Below, piece after piece: positions 1-9,517 of a stretch of DNA of 39,834 nucleotides; within the stretch, counting starts at the first letter, position 1, and each line of letters starts with the position of its first letter. The notes beneath the pieces are model-generated. The model did not search any database. It was not told the DNA's origin and saw nothing but the letters and a program-made list of their open reading frames with translations. A program made the position numbers and the translations under genes. The stretch comes from Candidatus Woesearchaeota archaeon (GTDB taxonomy: Archaea > Nanobdellota > Nanobdellia > Pacearchaeales > GW2011-AR1): positions 1-39,834 of the forward strand of contig CAZIFJ010000004.1 in NCBI GenBank assembly GCA_964538235.1. The letters are read 5' to 3'.

Positions 1-20
1 AAAAAAGAATTCTCTTAGTA

Positions 21-72
21 TCAGAGATTTTTAATCTCTAAGCCCGCGGATTTAATGAGTGTTAACGAGCGT
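21..72. repeat. Hairpin-module cluster, probably the end of a palindromic element cut by the window edge
   Basis: Hairpin TCAGAGATT-TTT-AATCTCTAA (21-41) has the same layout as the module at 11818-11838. GCGGATTT-AATGAGTGTT-AACGAGCGTT (46-72) matches GCGAATTT-AACGAGCGTT at 38031-38048. Confidence 0.5.
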
Positions 73-77
73 TAATA

Positions 78-464
78 CTAATCCTCATAATCAACATCAC
101 AACCCCCATCACATTGATCATCAATAACATTCTCTTTTTGTCTATCTTTCTCTCCCCAATAATCTTCTACCTGTTTTTCATCAATCATAAAATAAATAAC
201 AGGCGCATAACAAACAGAGTTAAAACCTCCAAAGGGGTCTTCCAATTTAACAACGTGCCGACCATAATAAGCATTTGCTCTTGTAGGACAATTATTTAAA
301 ACAGCCTCTTCATAACTAGGATAAAAGTAGTTCAAAATCCTAATACCCCCAATAGGAACAGGATTTATTGGAGAAGAAGTAGAGCCAGAGATATATAATC
401 TATCACGATTATCTCTATCTTCTAATAATTCAATCAATCTCTTTTTTTTATTTTCATCGCTCAT
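78..464 (-). CDS. Hypothetical protein (128 aa)
   Basis: ORF with ATG start, an upstream TTTAAGAA box and a plausible composition; no family recognised. Confidence 0.65.
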   Translation of the reverse strand: MSDENKKKRLIELLEDRDNRDRLYISGSTSSPINPVPIGGIRILNYFYPSYEEAVLNNCPTRANAYYGRHVVKLEDPFGGFNSVCYAPVIYFMIDEKQVEDYWGEKDRQKENVIDDQCDGGCDVDYED

Positions 465-569
465 AATAAAACGAAAAGAAAAACAATTCTTAAAGATAAT
501 TATAATTGAAAATAATTTTTATAATCTCTATATTATTTTAATATCCGAAGTTTTTTCTGAAACGAGGAT

Positions 570-597
570 TAGCGAAACAATCAATATTGTTTCGCTA
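570..597. repeat. Perfect 12-bp inverted repeat spanning the proS stop codon (possible terminator or 3' hairpin)
   Basis: TAGCGAAACAAT-caat-ATTGTTTCGCTA; one arm is proS coding sequence. Confidence 0.6.
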
Positions 598-2038
598 TAT
601 AAACTATTTTACTAGCTTTCTTTCCGCAAACAGCACATTTTCCTTCGGCTTTTTCATTTTCGAATCTTGTTCCTCTAACACTTGCTCCAACTTCTTTTTC
701 AATAATTTCAGCACAATTAATTCCTTCTTTTTCAATAGAACAAAATCCACAACGTGCAATCGCACCACTCTCAACTATTTTTTTCATTTCATTAATATCT
801 TTAACATTTTTAATTCTTCCTCTAAAAACTACATCAGCCTGTTTTCTTAAATTTTCAGTTGTCTCTCGCGAAACTTTTTCAACATATTTCTTCAAATTCT
901 TCTCAAAAATAATTTCTTTTTTGTTTAAATCTCTTCTAAAAATAGTCAGCTTTTTATCTTGAATATCTTTCAAACCTAAATCAATTCTCAAAGGAATACC
1001 CTTCATCTCCCAATAATTAAATTTCTCACCAGCACTCTTCTCACTAGAATCAATCTCAACACGTACAAAATTCTCCAATTCCTTCTCTAACTCCTTAGCT
1101 TTCTGAATTAATTTTTTATCTTCTTTAACAGGAACAATTACAATTTGATAAGGAGCAATCTCCCAAGGGAATCTTAATCCCTTATCATCCCCATGAGAAA
1201 TAACAACAGAAGCAAAAATTCTTGAAACAGCAGGTCCATAACAAGTTATCCAAACAAATTTCTCTTTTCCATCTTTATCTCTAAATTTAACATCGAAAGC
1301 TTTTGCAAATTCCTGTTTTAATAAATGAGTTGAAGGTTGTTGAACAACTCTTCCATCAGGATTCAAAACATCAGCGGCAAATGTTTTCTCTGCTCCAGGA
1401 AATTTATCCCAGTAAGGTCTCTCAAAAAAAATAAAAGGTAATCCAAAAATTTTACGCAAAACTTCCTCAGTTGTTTCCATGTCTTCTTTCACTTGTTTTA
1501 AAGCATCTTCTCGTGTTGCATGAGCACAATGCGCTTCAATCCAATGAAATTCCCTGCTTCTTAAAAAGGGACGAGTAGCTTTAGTTTCATACCTAAAAAC
1601 ATTTGCTCTCTGATACGTCTTAAATGGTAAATCTTTATAACTTCTAATCCACAATCCAAACATCTGATAAAAAGCAGTTTCAGAAGTCGGCCTAAGAGCA
1701 AGCTTCTCTTCAAATTTATCTTCTCCTGCTCCAGTCACCCAAAAAACCTGAGGCGTAAATCCTTTAATATGTTCACTCTCCCTCAAAAAATTCTTTTCAG
1801 GAATCAGCGTCGGAAAAAAATATGGTTTGTGCCCCTTAGATTGTAAAGCTTTTTCCAAATAATAATAAATCTTCTCCATACACAAAACACTCCATGGCTG
1901 AAAAACCAAAAAGCCTTTGACATTATATCTTAAATCAGCCAGCTCACATTTTTGCACAACTTCACTATACCACTCAGAAAAATTTTCATTTTTTTTAACA
2001 GAAATTCCTTTCATTCCTTTATCAGAATTTTTTTCCAT
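581..2038 (-). CDS. proS: Proline--tRNA ligase, archaeal/eukaryotic type
   Basis: Motifs FSEWYSEVV, ALRPTSET, FRYETKATRPFLRSREFHW, HGDDKGL, and a C-terminal Zn-binding CAVCGK...IAKQY. Start moved to MEKNSD (2038). Confidence 0.97.
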   Translation of the reverse strand: MEKNSDKGMKGISVKKNENFSEWYSEVVQKCELADLRYNVKGFLVFQPWSVLCMEKIYYYLEKALQSKGHKPYFFPTLIPEKNFLRESEHIKGFTPQVFWVTGAGEDKFEEKLALRPTSETAFYQMFGLWIRSYKDLPFKTYQRANVFRYETKATRPFLRSREFHWIEAHCAHATREDALKQVKEDMETTEEVLRKIFGLPFIFFERPYWDKFPGAEKTFAADVLNPDGRVVQQPSTHLLKQEFAKAFDVKFRDKDGKEKFVWITCYGPAVSRIFASVVISHGDDKGLRFPWEIAPYQIVIVPVKEDKKLIQKAKELEKELENFVRVEIDSSEKSAGEKFNYWEMKGIPLRIDLGLKDIQDKKLTIFRRDLNKKEIIFEKNLKKYVEKVSRETTENLRKQADVVFRGRIKNVKDINEMKKIVESGAIARCGFCSIEKEGINCAEIIEKEVGASVRGTRFENEKAEGKCAVCGKKASKIVYIAKQY

Positions 2039-2183
2039 ATTATTTATAGAAAAAACAACTATTAAATGTTTTCTAAAGATCAACAGATGATTTTTCATTA
2101 AATATTCATTACTTATAACAAATTTTAATTCTCCTAAATAAATTCTTAAAATATTATAACTTTATAGTTAATAAAAAGAAAGG

Positions 2184-2192
2184 TTTAAATAA
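2184..2192 (+). promoter_or_regulatory. Archaeal TATA box (TTTAAATAA) with purine-rich BRE-like upstream bases
   Basis: Begins 28 nt before the ATG at 2212; the same 28-29 nt spacing recurs at 14286/14315 and 36518/36547. Confidence 0.6.
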
Positions 2193-2211
2193 TAAATTCT
2201 TATTCAAATAT

Positions 2212-2691
2212 ATGCAACAAATCTATAAATCAAATATTCTGCTTTGGATGGAAGACGATAAAGACCAAATGGATAGTTATGCTCTTAGTTTTGGAAATGA
2301 TGAAAAAATAACAGAAATATTTAGAGGAGAACTCAATTATATATTTTCTAATATAGAACAAAAAGTAGATACAGAAATTGCTAAAAAAGAAATAGAAAAT
2401 TTAATAGAAAAATCAAATAACAATCCTTCTTTAATTAATTTAAGAGATTCCAACTTCCCAATAAATGGCGCGAAAATTATGGAATGGCTAAGTGAACATG
2501 GTTTTCCTGATTACCCCTTAACTGGTTTTTCAGGCACAGCGTATGCAAATCTTCCACCAGAATACCAGGAAATATTTGCTACAACCTCTGCAAGATATTT
2601 TACAAAAAGTAGAAAAGAATCTGACCAAATGAAAGACCATGTTATTTTATCTAAAATGTATAACGATAGAAAATATCTAAATAAGCATTAA
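2212..2691 (+). CDS. Stand-alone response-regulator receiver (REC)-like protein
   Basis: ILLWMEDD acidic pocket, LRDSNFP-INGAKIMEWL (phospho-acceptor Asp plus the P..G pattern), TGFSG, and YFTK with the conserved Lys. Confidence 0.6.
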   Translation: MQQIYKSNILLWMEDDKDQMDSYALSFGNDEKITEIFRGELNYIFSNIEQKVDTEIAKKEIENLIEKSNNNPSLINLRDSNFPINGAKIMEWLSEHGFPDYPLTGFSGTAYANLPPEYQEIFATTSARYFTKSRKESDQMKDHVILSKMYNDRKYLNKH

Positions 2692-2714
2692 TAATTGTTA
2701 GAACATATTTTTCT

Positions 2715-2945
2715 TCATTCACTATTTCTAGATAAAAAAGTTTTATAATAACTAACATAGCTTTCTAAAGTAGGTAAATCACTTTGTCTAATAAAACCAC
2801 CACTCCGAGAATATGATAATATAATCTTAGAAATTTTTGCTTTTGAATTCCATCCAGTGTTAGAACTATTAAATCGCTCATCATTTAAAGCCTTTTTTGC
2901 ATCACTAATTAATCCAGCACAATCTTCAACAATATTTTCAATCAT
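2715..2945 (-). CDS. Hypothetical protein (76 aa)
   Basis: ORF with a TTTATAAA box ~29 nt upstream; no family recognised. Confidence 0.55.
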   Translation of the reverse strand: MIENIVEDCAGLISDAKKALNDERFNSSNTGWNSKAKISKIILSYSRSGGFIRQSDLPTLESYVSYYKTFLSRNSE

Positions 2946-2981
2946 GAAAAATCTAAAAATAACGTATTTATAAATATTTAG

Positions 2982-3053
2982 TAGGCCTACGAGGAATTGA
3001 ACCTCGATTTTCCGGTCCGAAGCCGGAGAGTCTATCCATTAACTTATAGGCCC
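2982..3053 (-). tRNA. tRNA-Arg (anticodon TCG), no intron, CCA not encoded
   Basis: Minus strand reads GGGCCTA...AGTTAATGGATAGA...TCCGG-CTTCGGA-CCGGA...CGAGG-TTCAATT-CCTCG-TAGGCCT-A, a complete cloverleaf. Confidence 0.95.
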
Positions 3054-3093
3054 AAAATAAAATAGAATTTATTGTTTTTAAGTTTGACGAAAA

Positions 3094-4467
3094 TTAACTC
3101 AGCTCGCTCTCTAAAATTTTCCTTGTAATACTATAATCTGCTCGTCTTTCAGTCTTTTCCATAACTTTCCCCATTAAAAAATTAAAAGCTTTTTCTTCCC
3201 CATTTTTATAATCCTCAACAGATTTTTTATTCTCCTTTAAAACTAATAAAATAATTTTCCTAAGTTCTCCCTCATTAGAAATTTTTCCGCCTTTATTAAA
3301 TTCTTCAACAGGGTCAAAACTTCCATCTTTAAACTTCCTTAAAATATCTTTCCCCTGTAATTCTGTAATTTTTTTATTTCTTATCAAATTCAAAAGTGAA
3401 ACAAAATGCTCAATCTTAATATCAATCTCGCTCAAAGTTTTTTTATTATAGTTCAAAACACTCCTCAATTCAATTGTAATCCACGGAAGAGCAAACTTAG
3501 CATCAATTTTTTTAGAAACTCTCTCAAAGAATTCAGCAATATCAAAATTTTTAATTAAGATCTCAGCATTCTTTGTATCTATCCTAAATTGCTTAATTAT
3601 TTTTTCCAATTTTTCTTCAGGACTTTCAGGAAGATTTTTTTCAATTTCAGAAATAAATTTTTTATCCAAGTAAATATCTTGTAAATCAGGGTCAGAAATA
3701 AATCTATAATCTTGAGCATTTTCTTTCCCGCGCATTCTAACTGTTTTTCCAAAAACTTCATCATATCTTCTTGTTTCTCTTTCACTTCCTTCCTCACTTT
3801 GTCTTTTTAATTCGTATTCTATAGCATTTTTTATGCTATCCAAAGAATTAATATTTTTTACTTCAACTCTTTCTGTTTTTCCAGGTATGTTAATGTTAAC
3901 ATCAACTTTAATTCCTGCATTTGAGTCAACAGCTTTTAAATATTCCAAATTATGTAAAAGTTTCCTAAGCCAATCAACAACTTCTTCAGCAGTTGAAAAA
4001 TCCGGTTCAGTTACAATTTCAACTAAAGGCAATCCAGACCTGTTATAATCAATTTTTCCTGTTAAGGGCTCCCAAGACGCAGGATCTTCTTCCAAATGCA
4101 TTTCTCTAATTTCAGCTCCTAAAAATTTCCCATTAACACCGACGGGAATTGCGTAAGGCCCAGACAAAGTATTCTGATAACCCTTAGGTAAATCAGGCCA
4201 ATCATAATGTTTTCTTTGCCAAATTAAATTAGAATTTATTTTACATCCAAGCATTAAACCTATCATTACAGATTTTTCAACAGCATTTTTATTCGGCAAC
4301 ATCGGCTTTGCTCCAGGCATCCCAGTGCAAATCGGACAAATCAAGCTATTTTCTTTCAAGCCCCTTTCCCTAGAAACCCTACAATTGCAAAATAATTTTT
4401 CTTTTGTTATTAAATAAACATGAATCTCTAAACCAATTTTTCCTTCAAGAATTTGTGATTGAACCAT
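3094..4467 (-). CDS. gatB: Asp/Glu-tRNA amidotransferase subunit B
   Basis: IGLEIHV, KLFCNC, CPICTGMPGAKP, YDWPDLPKGYQ, HLEEDP, DYNRSGLPLVEIVTEPD, RVEVKNINS, DYRFISDPDL and a YqeY-like tail. Confidence 0.96.
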   Translation of the reverse strand: MVQSQILEGKIGLEIHVYLITKEKLFCNCRVSRERGLKENSLICPICTGMPGAKPMLPNKNAVEKSVMIGLMLGCKINSNLIWQRKHYDWPDLPKGYQNTLSGPYAIPVGVNGKFLGAEIREMHLEEDPASWEPLTGKIDYNRSGLPLVEIVTEPDFSTAEEVVDWLRKLLHNLEYLKAVDSNAGIKVDVNINIPGKTERVEVKNINSLDSIKNAIEYELKRQSEEGSERETRRYDEVFGKTVRMRGKENAQDYRFISDPDLQDIYLDKKFISEIEKNLPESPEEKLEKIIKQFRIDTKNAEILIKNFDIAEFFERVSKKIDAKFALPWITIELRSVLNYNKKTLSEIDIKIEHFVSLLNLIRNKKITELQGKDILRKFKDGSFDPVEEFNKGGKISNEGELRKIILLVLKENKKSVEDYKNGEEKAFNFLMGKVMEKTERRADYSITRKILESELS

Positions 4468-4543
4468 AGAGAATTTAATTTTAGGAAGTATAAAAAAGTT
4501 TGTAAAGAAATTTTTTTTAAGTAAAAAACCAAAATTTAATTTA

Positions 4544-5457
4544 TTAAATAGTTTCCAACTTCAATCTCATCTGTTCAATTTCACCTTCAAGCCTTTTCCT
4601 TTCCCCTTCTTTTTCTGCTTCCAGTTTTTTTCTTTTTGCTTCTTGTCTTTTAAACTCAGCAATATCTTCAGGAGTAAATCTCTCTACAGAAATAAGTTCA
4701 CAATTTTTAGATATAATTCCCGAAAAGTTTTTAATTTTTTGTTTATTTCCAAAAACTAATCCTATATCATCAATTTTATATATCTTATTCAAGTTAAAAG
4801 ATTTATGTTCTCCTTCCAATTTTCTTAAAGCTGGCAATTCAGGAAGCTCTAAACCAATCAATGATGATACACCTTTAGTCATATTATATGTCTTCTTCAC
4901 AAATCCATAAACAACATCTTCAAATGGAAGTACAGACAATTCAGAAACACTAAGCCCAAACGAACCAATTCTTTTCATCAAAGAAAAATTATCCTTTATA
5001 TCGCACCCAATTCCAAAAACATAATAATCTTGTCTATTGTAAGATTTACATAATCCATCAGAAACCAAATGTAACTTAAAATATTCTTTTTCTTCCTCCC
5101 TCGGAATTATCTCAATAACCACAGTACTAATAGCAGCCCCTTCTTCCATATGAAAAGCACTAGAAAAACCAAAATTACTTATTTGAAAATTTGCGCAATT
5201 TTTATCTAATCTAACAATGCGCTCTAATCTTCCAATAGAAACACCAAGCAGCCGACCATGGTTCTCTCCTTCTGATTTTGTAGTAACACCTATTACATAA
5301 CCATTCCCCTATTAAAACCATTTTTATTTATTTCAACACTCCACTCATTAAATGAAAAATATCTTGATATTGATCCTTCATCGGAAGGTCTGTTCTCTAC
5401 AAAATAACCTAAATCAACTGGCACATTAATAATTTCCCCTTTAAAAACCATCTTCAT
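4544..5457 (-). pseudogene. Hypothetical ~304-aa gene with a single frameshift at a G4 run (plus strand 5306-5309)
   Basis: ATG at 5457 gives MKMVFKGE...KNGFNR. One extra G joins it to GNGYVIGV...SAFH-MEEGAA, continuous with ORF 4544-5149. Could be a real lesion or an assembly error. Confidence 0.6.
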
Positions 5458-5571
5458 AGAATATGTATTTTGCTTTAAAAATATTTATATAATAAATCTT
5501 ATATATCTTAGGGCTTTATTTTTTTACTTATTGTTTTCTAAAAATTATTATATTTCTGAATAAAAAGTAAT

Positions 5572-8500
5572 TTATCTTTTCTTAAGCCACTTACTCAAAA
5601 ATCCTTGGGTATATTCATGATCTGCAACGACATGTCCAGTAGGAGCGCTATACGTTTCTCCACCTGAAGGAGCACTATACGTTTCTCCACCTGAAGGAGC
5701 GCTATACGTTTCTCCACCTGAAGGAGCGCTATATGTTCCACTACTTGTACTACTTGTAGTAGTACCACTAGATGTTGTTGTTCCACCTGAATATGTCCCA
5801 GTAGTACTCCCGCTATATGTTCCAGAAGAATGAGTAGTTGTTGATCCAGAATAAGTTGTACTTCCACTATATGTTGTAGTTCCTCCAGTTGATGTTGTAG
5901 TTCCTCCACTATAAGAACCTCCAGAATAATCCCCACTACTTGAATATGTTCCTGTTGAAGAAGTTGTACCTGTTTGAGTTCCTCCACCCTGATTACTCCA
6001 TGTCCCATCACTACCTTGTGTCCAAGTATTTCCAAAATTATCCTGCACACTACCTGAATGTGTAGGAGAAGTACTTGTTGGTGGTACATAAACATAACCT
6101 CCCTCCTTCGCTTCAACTAATGCCCCACCAGAATAAGAGTAAGAATAAGACTGTTCCTTCCCACTAGCATCCTTGTAATGATACATCCCATAATCAGAAG
6201 TGGATGTTCCAGTACTTCCTGTTCCTGTTGAGCCAGTTTCTCCAGCACCACCACTATAAGTACTTGTCTTTGGATCCCAAGATTCTCCAGTTGTCGTCTT
6301 CCATGTCCCATCACTACCTTGTGTCCAAGTATTTCCACTTGCATCAGTAACACCACCACTTGCTGTTGCTCCAGTTCCTTCATGAGAAATTATTTCTCCA
6401 TTATCATTAATATATCCTCTTGAAGCATCATATCTATAATAATGATGAACAGGTGGTGTATAACTCTCTCCCTTTGAAGAAGCCCACTTACCTCCTTCAA
6501 AACTCCACGTTACTCCATCAGCAGTTGAATATGATTTCTGCTCCTCATGCCCAACAGGTGCTCCAATTGCAGTTCCTTGATAACTCCTCCCATCATTCGA
6601 GTTCCATTTCCCATCACCTTTGTAATTCCACTGCTCGCCGCCATAAGAATAAACATATTCTTTCGTTCTACTATCATAAGCAATATTGTTCTCATGAACA
6701 GAAACGTCAGGAGTATAAACTTTTCCAGAAACAGGATCAACATAATTATTATATTGTGGATTATAATCATATTGCGTCACAACCCCACTATCTGACTTCA
6801 TAGTAAATCCAGTAGGTTTATTTTGAATTTCTCCTCCACCAACAATATCATGATCCCCAGTAGGATAAGCAACTTTCTCAACAACGGTTCCGTCTTTAAC
6901 TACTTCATATCCAGTTGCAGAATATTTATAAGTCACAGTTCCTTCAGCAGTTTTCACCTCAGTAGTATATTGCTCATCTCCAGTTTTGTAAACAGGAGAT
7001 GGATCAAAACCCTCTGGATAATTCACTTCATACTTAATACCAAGATCAGTAGTATAACTATAACCTTTGTCATTAAATTTACATTTATATCCAGTCGCAG
7101 GATCTTTATATTCCTGATTTACAATAAAAGCCCCATTAAACTCAATTTTAGTTTCTTCACCTTCTACCGTCGTCTTCCGTTCAAAGAAATCAGGAGGAAT
7201 TTCCCCAATAGGAATCACTTCAACTTCTACTTCACCCTCTATTTTTTCTCCATCTTTTTTATGTTCATAATTCACAAATCCAGGAGGAACATACATTTCT
7301 CCACCATAAGCTTCAGCATAAGCGTCAGCAAACTTCTGTGATAAAATAGAAGTTGCTTCTTCAGCGCTCTTCCCTTCTGCTTGCAACTCAGCAAACTTTT
7401 TATCATAAACCTCACTCAATTTAGCTGAAAGCTCAGCAATTTTCTGTGCCTGTTCTTCTCGTGCTTTAAAGTATTCTACTTTTTCAGGATATTTTGCAAT
7501 AATCTCATCTTTAAATTGTATCCACTGCTCACTTGAAAAATGTTCATTTTTTTCAGCAAGTTCTTGTTGAATTTCTTCAGGTGTTTCCAAAAATTCCTCT
7601 AACTCACTAAAAGCACCTTTATCTCCATCATTAAATTGCTCAACAGCTCGCTCACTATTACTAATCAAATGCTCTGCAGCAGTCAATTGCCCAAAAGCCT
7701 CGCCACTATCACCATCCTCTTTTGCTTCTGTCGCTTGAGCAACTTTTAATTCAGCCTGCTCAACTAAAGTCTCCAACTGCCGTGCATCACTCTCAGCCCC
7801 AGCCTCACGTAAATCAGCAACCTCTACTCTCAAAGCAAGTAACTCTTCTTGAACAACATCAATTTTTTCACTAGAAGTCTCAGCCGCAAATGTTGTTGTT
7901 AACCCTGCATCTTCTTGAACACTCTCAACAATCAACTCAGCTTCTGCACCAGCAATATCACTATTCGTCGCAACAACATCAACAATTTCTTCTGTTTTTT
8001 CCTCAGTCGCAACAGAAAGTTCACTAGTCCCAGCATCTACAGTATGCATAAATTCAGAAATTTGTTCCTGAGTAACTTCTCCAGAAGCAGCTTTCTCTTG
8101 CAAAAGATCCTCAAAATTTTCAGAAAATTCCTGTAATTGAATACTATGATCACTCAACTGCACAACCTCAAGCAACTCAGAATCCTGCGGAGCAACATCC
8201 CCCTGAGGCTGTATTCCAGTCGCATCAACCTCACTCACATCAATCGTCGCAGTTTGCTCTGCCGCACTACTTAATCTTTCCTCAACATCACTCGCAAGTA
8301 CAAGTGCTCCTTCAATATCACCAGCTTCAAGCAAAACCTCAGCTTCAGCCATTCGCTCTGCCGCAATTTCAATATCAAATTCTGCTTGTGCATGCTCATC
8401 AAAAATAAAAGCATCCTGAACTCCTTCAGCAAAATGATCAAAAAAAGATAAAAACCCATTTTCAGGAGTAGTACCAGCATCAAACTCAAGTGTAAATTCT

Positions 8501-8640
8501 ACATCATTTTCCGTCTCTGTTCCAGAAACAACATCATGCGAATCAGCACTAGCAATAGAAAAAAAACTAAACATTAAAATAAAAATAGAAAAATATGTAA
8601 AAATTTTCTGAAGCGAATCTATTCCTCTCTTTTGTTTCAT
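5572..8640 (-). CDS. Large secreted/surface protein (1022 aa): signal peptide, acidic helical DUF5667-like region, beta-rich repeats, Ser/Thr/Gly tail
   Basis: Hydrophobic signal ending ASA, FFDHFAEGVQDAFIFD..IAAERMAEAE segment, duplicated GNTWTQGSDGTW, (TYSAPSGGE)x3, and C-terminal TGHVV...GFLSKWLKKR. Confidence 0.85.
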   Translation of the reverse strand: MKQKRGIDSLQKIFTYFSIFILMFSFFSIASADSHDVVSGTETENDVEFTLEFDAGTTPENGFLSFFDHFAEGVQDAFIFDEHAQAEFDIEIAAERMAEAEVLLEAGDIEGALVLASDVEERLSSAAEQTATIDVSEVDATGIQPQGDVAPQDSELLEVVQLSDHSIQLQEFSENFEDLLQEKAASGEVTQEQISEFMHTVDAGTSELSVATEEKTEEIVDVVATNSDIAGAEAELIVESVQEDAGLTTTFAAETSSEKIDVVQEELLALRVEVADLREAGAESDARQLETLVEQAELKVAQATEAKEDGDSGEAFGQLTAAEHLISNSERAVEQFNDGDKGAFSELEEFLETPEEIQQELAEKNEHFSSEQWIQFKDEIIAKYPEKVEYFKAREEQAQKIAELSAKLSEVYDKKFAELQAEGKSAEEATSILSQKFADAYAEAYGGEMYVPPGFVNYEHKKDGEKIEGEVEVEVIPIGEIPPDFFERKTTVEGEETKIEFNGAFIVNQEYKDPATGYKCKFNDKGYSYTTDLGIKYEVNYPEGFDPSPVYKTGDEQYTTEVKTAEGTVTYKYSATGYEVVKDGTVVEKVAYPTGDHDIVGGGEIQNKPTGFTMKSDSGVVTQYDYNPQYNNYVDPVSGKVYTPDVSVHENNIAYDSRTKEYVYSYGGEQWNYKGDGKWNSNDGRSYQGTAIGAPVGHEEQKSYSTADGVTWSFEGGKWASSKGESYTPPVHHYYRYDASRGYINDNGEIISHEGTGATASGGVTDASGNTWTQGSDGTWKTTTGESWDPKTSTYSGGAGETGSTGTGSTGTSTSDYGMYHYKDASGKEQSYSYSYSGGALVEAKEGGYVYVPPTSTSPTHSGSVQDNFGNTWTQGSDGTWSNQGGGTQTGTTSSTGTYSSSGDYSGGSYSGGTTTSTGGTTTYSGSTTYSGSTTTHSSGTYSGSTTGTYSGGTTTSSGTTTSSTSSGTYSAPSGGETYSAPSGGETYSAPSGGETYSAPTGHVVADHEYTQGFLSKWLKKR
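5641..5733. repeat. Coding 27-bp tandem repeat, ~3.4 copies (TYSAPSGGE)
   Basis: AGGAGCGCTATACGTTTCTCCACCTGA at 5641, 5668 (1 mismatch) and 5695, with a partial copy at 5722; no spacers. Confidence 0.95.
5998..6337. repeat. Identical 37-bp dispersed repeat within the surface-protein gene (5998-6034 and 6301-6337)
   Basis: CCATGTCCCATCACTACCTTGTGTCCAAGTATTTCCA occurs twice and encodes GNTWTQGSDGTW. Confidence 0.9.
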
Positions 8641-8784
8641 CGTAATAAAATAATATTAACAATTAAAATAAAAAAGTATTTAAATCTTTCGCCTACAAAT
8701 AAAAATAAAATTTTTTATTTTTCCAGAAAAAAATAAATGTTTGCCGATGAAACTCCTAGAAAAATTCTTCAAAAAAATAAAAAT

Positions 8785-9486
8785 CTACTTCCCAAATCTC
8801 CTCTTCCTTTTTCCAAATTCCAAAATCGCACGTCGCAAATCTAGCGAAGAAAATTCAGGAAAATATTTTTTTGTAAAATACAACTCACTATAAACCGACT
8901 GCCAAGGCATAAATCCGCTTAATCTCATTTCCCCAGATGTCCTTATAATTAAATCAGGATCAGGAATATCCCTTGTATCTAAAAAACTTATTAAATTCTC
9001 CTCGCTAATCTCTCTGCGCCCATTCTTAATTAAATTATTTATTCCTCTAATAATCTCATCTCTTCCTCCATAATCCAAACACAAATTAACAAAAAAGTTA
9101 TTAAATTTCTTACTTTCATTTTCTAATTCTTCCAATTGACTAATCAAATCTTTTGGCAGTCTATCTCTTCTTCCAATTAATCTAAACCGAATTTTATTTT
9201 TCTCGATATCATCCATAAAAACCTCGGTAATTATTTTTAATAATTTAAACAAAGAATTTATTTCTACTTTGCTTCTTCTCCAATTCTCAGTTGAAAATCC
9301 CCACAAGGACAAATATTTTATTCCAAGTTTCTTAGACTCATAAAATAAACTTTTCAAATGTTCATACTCAGTTGCTTTTACATGACCTTGTAATTCCTTT
9401 AATCCTCGTTGTCGCGCCCATCTTCTATTTCCATCAGGAATTATAGCAACATGCCTTGGAATCTCCAAATTTTTTCTCTCATGCAT
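8785..9486 (-). CDS. uppS: cis-prenyltransferase (polyprenyl diphosphate synthase)
   Basis: PRHVAIIPDGNRRWA, FSTENWRRS, DYGGRDEI and PDPDLIIRTSGEMRLSGFMPWQSVYSELYF. Confidence 0.96.
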   Translation of the reverse strand: MHERKNLEIPRHVAIIPDGNRRWARQRGLKELQGHVKATEYEHLKSLFYESKKLGIKYLSLWGFSTENWRRSKVEINSLFKLLKIITEVFMDDIEKNKIRFRLIGRRDRLPKDLISQLEELENESKKFNNFFVNLCLDYGGRDEIIRGINNLIKNGRREISEENLISFLDTRDIPDPDLIIRTSGEMRLSGFMPWQSVYSELYFTKKYFPEFSSLDLRRAILEFGKRKRRFGK

Positions 9487-9517
9487 ATATTAATAAACAA
9501 AAAGTTAAATTAAAAAG

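Noticed and set aside
2982-3053. tRNA-Arg as an integration site for an island
   Set aside because: No duplicated tRNA 3' end and no integrase were seen in the window.
5641-5733. 27-bp repeats as a CRISPR array
   Set aside because: The units are contiguous with no spacers, are in frame within a protein, and there are no cas genes in the window.
5595-8489. Alternative-frame and antisense ORFs over the surface-protein gene (e.g. 5595-6116, 6420-6803, 6823-7341)
   Set aside because: They are shadows of repetitive or biased codon usage with no recognisable motifs. The other short nested ORFs in the track were rejected for the same reason.
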